64,000 nucleotides of DNA from Leidyana gryllorum EB-2025a (taxonomy: Eukaryota; Protista; Apicomplexa), in assembly GCA_048772705.1 (NCBI GenBank), contig JBLWGC010000043.1, positions 248,001 through 312,000 of the forward strand, in the 5' to 3' direction. Positions within the stretch are counted from its first letter, which is position 1. Each line of letters begins with the position of its first letter. Positions 57,601 through 64,000 of this stretch are shown piece by piece. The notes under the pieces are model-generated. The model was given only the letters and a program-made list of their open reading frames with translations, was not told the origin of the DNA and searched no databases. The position numbers and the translations under genes are program-made.

Positions 57601-60600
57601 GGGGAGAGTTTGATGACGAGTGATGAGGGGGTCGACTCAGCCATCGGAGGAGCACCCGTGCGAGAGAAAGGCGATGTTGTGGGAGCATTCCAAGAGACAA
57701 ACGTCCATGTGTCCGAGCTGATCAACATGTTGGAGCTCACCTTCAAAGATCAACAGCTGGAAGCCGACTATCAGGTCCACCGCCGGCAACACATCACGTG
57801 AGTTGGGAAAGAATGTTGGGAGAAATTCAATTGACAGACAATACCGCTTATCCTATCGTCTAAGCTTCCTCTTCCTGTGTGTTGTTACCATCATGATGGT
57901 CATCCAAGAAATGTCGAGCTCTGCAGGCGCTTCAATTTCGGTCAACAAGGCCATTATTGGCTTCATACCATATTTGATCTCTCTGACGCTGTATGTTTCG
58001 AGCCATTACGACTTTCTCTTCATCAACTACTTTGATGTACTCTTGGGAAGCCTCGTTCTGGCAATTGCCTTTTTTCAACTCCTCTCCGATACTCTCCTCT
58101 TCAAAGACGGGGTCTCCAGCACCGCCATCTACAGTGTACTGATCTTCATTTTCTTCCGCATCCCCTTCCTCCACGCCGTCTGCTATAATACCATACACTT
58201 CATTGCCTTTACATTGCGCTACGCCTTCACTGTCACCATCTCAGAAAGCATGAAAGAGACAGACAGTAGCTCCTTGCCGCCCACTGGCGCTTCTTTGACC
58301 TCGGCTGTGTCGCGCTATTTCCCCGATATGTTGGAGGCTGTGTCACTGAGCAAGTTGACCACCTATCTGCCCGTGCTCCTTGGCATTGAAGCTTTCACTG
58401 GATTTGCCGCCTATCGCTTGGAATACAATCGCAGAAAAGCTTTCTTGCTCGACTATCAAGTCGAGAAAACACGCAAGCGTCAAACGGAAATACTCCACAC
58501 TATGCTCCCCGCATTTGTGGTCGAACATATGCTCAATGGACCCTTCAACAAGAACGGAGTCCCCGTCGGTCTCAAAGCGGAAGATCGTGGTACTGTCTCT
58601 GTGGTGTTCTGTGATGTCTACGACTTCCAAAATATTGTCGCCTCCGTTGCTCCAACCCATCTTGTCAAAGTATTGGACAGCCTCTTCCTATGTTTCGACA
58701 AATGCGCTGAAAGGTTCGGATGCACCAAGATTGAAACTGTCTTCGAGACTTATCTGGCTGCCGCGGGGATCAAGTTGGAAGGCAGTGGTACGGGTGGGGG
58801 CACCAGCGAACGTTCATGTGACGTAGCCACGCCCAGCGAGAATGCATTTGACGCATTGTGTATGGCTTTGATTATGCTGCGCTTCTCTCGTCATGTCACC
58901 TACGTTGTTACTGAACAAACTGTGGGACCTTCGGAGGTGCGCAGCGTTGGGGGCTTCTCCTCAGACGATGGCAGCAGTGATACCGTTACTGCAGCAGCAG
59001 CAGCTGCGGCCACGGCCATGGGCGAGGGCAATCCGCGGACATCCCGAAGCAGCGAAGCCAAGCATCGTAAAGTGAAGCGTATCCGGGTAAAGATTGGTAT
59101 ACACAGTGGCCGCGTTATCAGTGGCGTCGTTGGGGCTAAGAAGCCGCAATACGCATTGTTCGGTGACACAGTCAATACTGCTAGTCGTATGAAAACAACC
59201 GGCAAACCCGATCACATTCATGTCTCCTCGGCCACACACGATTTAGTGAAATCGGATTCTTGCTTGATATGGGAGGAGCGGCTGATCGAAGTCAAGGGCA
59301 AAGGTCTCATGACTACGTTTCTGCTCATCCGAGTGGAGCTCCCGCAAGATCATCCGGGCGTCCCTCGCCATCAACCGAATCCCCAACCAGGTCCCTTCAT
59401 GCCCCCTCGATACTCCAAGTCCAATCTTCTGCCAGTCAGAGACAACACAGATGTGATCTCGAATAATCGATCTGTCGAAAAGGCTCCCTCGGGCTCTCGA
59501 GTGGTCGGAACAAATATAACCAGTTTCGAAACTCGTCGAAGTGGAGCTGTAACACCTTCCACTTTGTTCGGCGGCACTGTTCCGAACACGCCGACTCACA
59601 TTGGGGCGGCGCTGGCCAACAACAGCATGGCTCAAGCTGATCCATTTGGAGATGTGGAAGTTGCTGACGAAGGAGACCGAACGAGTCCCCACCAGTTTCG
59701 GCTTGGTCTGGAAGGCCCAATTGCTACGGGTCCCACCCGTGTTGAGGCTCTATGGTCGAGGTTTCAGCGTCAATATAGTCGAGATCTGCGTGCCGGGAGC
59801 TCGGCCGGACCACACCCGGCTATGGAGCGATCATTCGTGCATGACCCTGAGAAACCAGGCGAACGAATGCAGCATAAGGGTAGTCAGGCTGACTCCGTAG
59901 TTGAGGAAACAGTGTTTGTCGCCTGTATGCGTCATATAAAGCGCCAGAGGAACGCTCGGCGGCAGCATCACCAAGCACATCCCCCAGCGAATGTAGCGTC
60001 GCACACTGATTCCATTCGGAATCATCAGATCAACGCTGACGTGCACTGGACTAGTCTGACTTTCAAAGACAAGTACTTAGAAGATCGCTACAAATCCCAT
60101 TATTATTCTAATCCAAGCAACATCAACAATATCGAACAAGCGATTATTATCTTCTTAGCTACCTATGTGATCCAGACACTTGTATTTGTGGCCATACCTC
60201 GATATGAATCTATGTGGATCTTCCAGGCCGAAGCCGCTGTGACTTGGACAGTTCGATCTATATTCACAATCACCAGCTTCATCCTATGGTTAATGCTGCA
60301 CTTCCGGGACCGGACGCCTCTATCGGTATGTTTACACACACAATCGTGAAGTGATAATTGTTAGCAGGCAGGACGTTTTGGAACGAAATGGGTTGTGTTC
60401 TTTGCGAATTTCACCTTCATGACCTCTGCGTGTGCCGTTATGCTGGAGAGCAGCTGGAGCTTGGACTTTCCGGAGGACATTAAGCCCTTTTGGTTGCATG
60501 TCGACACCTTGCAGCTCTTCTTCTTCATAACCATCCTGCATCATAACAGCGGTCTGTTGGTGCAACACGTGGTTTTGGTCAATATGGTGGTACTAGCTGT

Positions 60601-61720
60601 GGTTATTCCGTTCATCACGACGGTCACACAGATGACTGAGATCACAAAGGAAGCGCTGTTTCTCATACCTTTGTTTATTGTCGCGAATGTCTTCTCCGTG
60701 TTCTTCAAGGAGTATGTGGATCGTCAATCTTTTATTGTCAATGAGGACATGCAAGAAATGGAAGATCGGGGGAAGGAGCTCTTGAGGGATATGCTTCCGA
60801 AGGAGGTTCTCGAAGAGTTACAACAAGAGAATCTAAAGCTCGCTTACAAGCACGACAAGATGACTTTCATATTCGCTGACATTTGCGGGTTCACTACGTG
60901 GGCTGATACAGTCGACGCCAGCGAGGTCGTGACTGTCCTTCAGTCTCTGTTTGCCAAATTCGACCGTGACAGCACTCGGTTTGGGGTTTTCAAAGTTTGT
61001 ACTATTGGAGATGCCTATGTCGCTGTCAGCGAGCCCGTCACGGACCAATCAATGCATCAAGGATTCTACGATCCCGCAGTGGGAGCCGAACGAGTCCTGG
61101 CCATGGCCCAATGTATGATTCGTGATATCAAGACAGTGCGAGAAAAGCTTAATGTGAGTTTGCGAAAAATCGATACTCCCTTCTCTGTCTACATCCCGGC
61201 GACCATGTCTTTGTGCAATCATATCTAATCTGCAGATCCCATCTCTAAATATGCGTATCGGGTTGCACTTTGGATCTTGTGTCGGCGGTGTCATCGGCAG
61301 CGGCCGCTTGCGGTATGATTTGTGGGGCCTCGACGTTTTGACAGGAAATCTGATGGAGAGCAACGGCGTTCCTGGACGGATTTGTATGTCACAACAGCTC
61401 GTCGACTTTCTGGATGAGAAGTTTCCAGGGTGAGTCTGACTGCAAGTCACACAACATTCAGCCACTGCAGACGATTCCACTTCGTCTTCCACCGAACAGT
61501 CGAAGTCACCAACCGCGTGGTTAATGCGTACCTCTTGGTGACCGAGAGGTATAGTTTCGAGACAGGGAGTGGTGTACTGGGCCAAATGATGCCGACCAAA
61601 GCCTCAATGCACAAAATCCCCACAACACTGGATGCTCAAATGCAAAGAGGACTATTGACGACAGCAAGCAGTGAGGAAGATGCTAGCAGTTCCGGCATGC
61701 AACAGCGAGAGGACACATAG
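51643..61720 (+). CDS. GC: Alveolate-type bifunctional P4-ATPase-like / guanylyl cyclase, multi-exon
   Basis: N-terminal P4-ATPase: VGQIVRVHNNEEIPADCLLL, QGSILRNTDWI, LTDKTGTLT (about 53279), GYRTLALAKR, VWMVTGD, VGDGLND. Then TM blocks and two cyclase domains: VVFCDVYDF..KIETVFETY..GIHSGRVISGVVGAKKPQYALFGDTVNTASRM, and IFADICGFT..KVCTIGDAY..MRIGLHFGSCVGGVIGSGRLRYDLWGLDV. TAG at 61720. Confidence 0.93.
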
Positions 61721-61765
61721 CACTTCGTCGTTCCGAAAAAAGTTGTCCTCATGTTAGATAGGTGA

Positions 61766-64000
61766 TCAATTACTGGGGGGGATGAAGGGGGGAATATCGG
61801 CAGCGGGTCTCCTCTTGGCAATGTCACGCAAATCTGCAAACATCTCCACCAGTTGGGACAATGCCATCTTCTCCTGGTTTTTGGGATCCTCACGTTTCCG
61901 GACCATCACACAGCGTTCCTCTGCGACGAGAAGATTTAAATATGAATTAGTCAGTGTGCTTACCTTCTTCTTGGGCGCCCACAACGAGAATGTAATTCCA
62001 TTGGTGGACCTGAGCTTCTCTGATCTTCTTGTTGATGGTGTTGTTACTGGCGTCCACCTCAGCGTCGAATCCGCGGTCCCGCAACACTCGGGTGACATAC
62101 TGAGCGTATGGGAGATTCTTCTCGGAGATGGGACACACGATCGCTTGACGCGGACTCAGCCAGAAGGGCAGTCGACCACCAGTGTGTTCCAGAATGACAG
62201 CCGACATTCTCTCAATGGAGCCCAGGATGGCTCTGTGGACCATAACGGGACGTCCAAAGCCCGGCTTGAGCTCAGTCTCAAGAGAGCCGTCAACGTTGCG
62301 CAATTGCTGTTGCTGTTGCTGCTGCTCGGAGCCTTGTGGGTGATCGGCCCGCTTGCACTCCTCGTTGGCCTGGACAGCGGTGGATGTACCGTCCTCGTTC
62401 GACTTGTATTGCAGGTCGAAACGCAAGGGTAGCTGGAAGTCGAGTTGAATGGTACCGCATTGATGCTGGCGTTCCAAGGCATCCATCAATTTGATATCAA
62501 TCTTGGGTCCGTAGAAAGCACCGTCGCCCTTGTTGAGCTTCCAAGGCATTCCACACTCATTCAGAGAGTTCTTCAGCTGGGTCTCCGCTTTCTCCCACAA
62601 CTCAACTGTTCCGAGAGCCTTTTTGGGGCGGGTGCTGAGATGGAGTTCGAAGGTGAAGCCGAACAATTTGTAGATGAAGAAGAGGAAATCCAAAGCAGCC
62701 GATACCTCGGCTTCGACTTGGTCCATACGGCAGAAGATGTGAGCGTCATCCTGTTGGAATCGGCGGACTCGAGTCAGTCCGCTCAGACTTCCGCTGAACT
62801 CATTGCGATGCAATACTCCGAAATCGGCCATGCGGATTGGGAGTTGTCGGTATGAGGGAGCCATATGTTTGAACATAACACAGTGGCCGGGGCAGTTCAT
62901 TGGTTTGAGACCCCAATCTTTTCCTTCGACGTCCAGAAGGAACATACAGTCTTTGTAGTTCTGTAAGTGTCCGGAGACGCGGAAGATGTCGCAGGAGAAC
63001 AGATTGGGCGAGTGCACTTCGGAGAATCCACGAGCAGCGTATTCAGCCTAAGATGGGAGGAGGAGATGAGGGGCAAATTGGAGACTACGATCGAAATCTT
63101 TGATTGCGATGATCAATCGCCTCAATTGATCGCATTAAATGTTCACTCACCCGCATCAGTTCGACCAATTTGTTATAAACTTTCGCCCCCTTCGGCAGCC
63201 AGAATGCCGAGCCTGCGGCGAAGGCTGGCTCGAAGAAGAACAGGTCGAGTTGTTGACCTAAGAGGCGATGGTCACGTTTCTTGGCTTCTTCTACTAAACG
63301 GATGTGTTCTTTCATCAACTTGGCGTCGGGGAAGGTGATGCCGTAGACTCGCTGGAGACTGTCGCCTTCACAATTGCCCAACCAGTAGGCTGAAGAGTGT
63401 TTCTCCACTTGGAAGGCTTTGATGTAATTGAGGTTGGGGATATGGGGTCCCATACAAAGATCAACGAAGGGTCCACAGCGATATACCGAAGTTTTGCCAC
63501 CTTCGGGTACTTTAGCGCTGATCAGTGCCACTTTGAAGGGGTTGTCTTGAAACATTATGAGTGCCTCTTCCTTGGTGACTTCCAATCTACAAAACGGAAG
63601 ATCTTGACCGTGGAACTCGGCAGCCTTCTTTTTCATGTCCTCGTAATTATCTTGGGTGATGGAGGGGCGGTCACCCAAGTAGAAGTCGTAGTAGAAACCT
63701 TTTTGTAGGGCGGGGCCGATTGTGACCTGAGCACCGAATAACTGCTCAGCCACGAGACCCAACAAGTGGCCACTAGAGTGCCAGAAGACGCCTTTGGCCT
63801 CCTTGTCGTCAAACTTGAGGAACGCCAATTTGCAACTGCTGGGAAGGGGACGAGTCATATCCCATAATTGGTATTCTTTGTCCTCGTCCTCATCGTCCGC
63901 ACCGTCATCCGAGTAACCTTCGACATCCTCGGTATTGGCACACTGGGTAGCGCTCTGCACCACACTCTTGTCGGCCCACACAACTCGCGCAACTATTGAG
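61766..64000 (-). CDS. TARS: Threonyl-tRNA synthetase (5'-partial)
   Basis: [108 protein letters not shown]. Short introns. Confidence 0.96.

Noticed and set aside
61782-62855. + strand ORFs of 216 and 136 aa
   Set aside because: Antisense shadows of ThrRS.

Overview
Eukaryotic, extremely compact, intron-containing DNA (GT-AG introns mostly about 40-60 nt, standard genetic code). A P4-ATPase/twin guanylyl cyclase fusion gene marks it as an alveolate. An apicomplexan, possibly gregarine-like, origin is my inference. About 60% of the window is occupied by five divergent paralogues of one very large multi-exon gene (roughly 2,000+ aa each, estimated) in which I recognise no domain. Three lie head-to-tail on + (<1-21182) and two lie head-to-tail on - (51578-34441), converging on a 13-kb block of other genes: a small orphan, a double CRAL-TRIO protein, an inositol polyphosphate 5-phosphatase, a PABPN1-like RRM protein, DPH3, SDE2, a secreted Pro-rich orphan, RPS9, a B-box/PH protein and UMP-CMP kinase. 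The right end holds the P4-ATPase-guanylyl cyclase and a partial threonyl-tRNA synthetase. Three observations stand out. (1) The unrecognised giant paralogue family itself. (2) A 668-codon same-strand ORF nested in a 2.17-kb intron of one paralogue, at a position where sister genes have a 55-57 nt intron. (3) Stop-to-start gaps of 7-43 bp and divergent ATG-to-ATG gaps of 24-27 bp, most carrying short A/T homopolymer runs, suggesting polycistronic or overlapping transcription. Exon boundaries were read by eye and are approximate. No RNA genes, CRISPR arrays or mobile elements were recognised.
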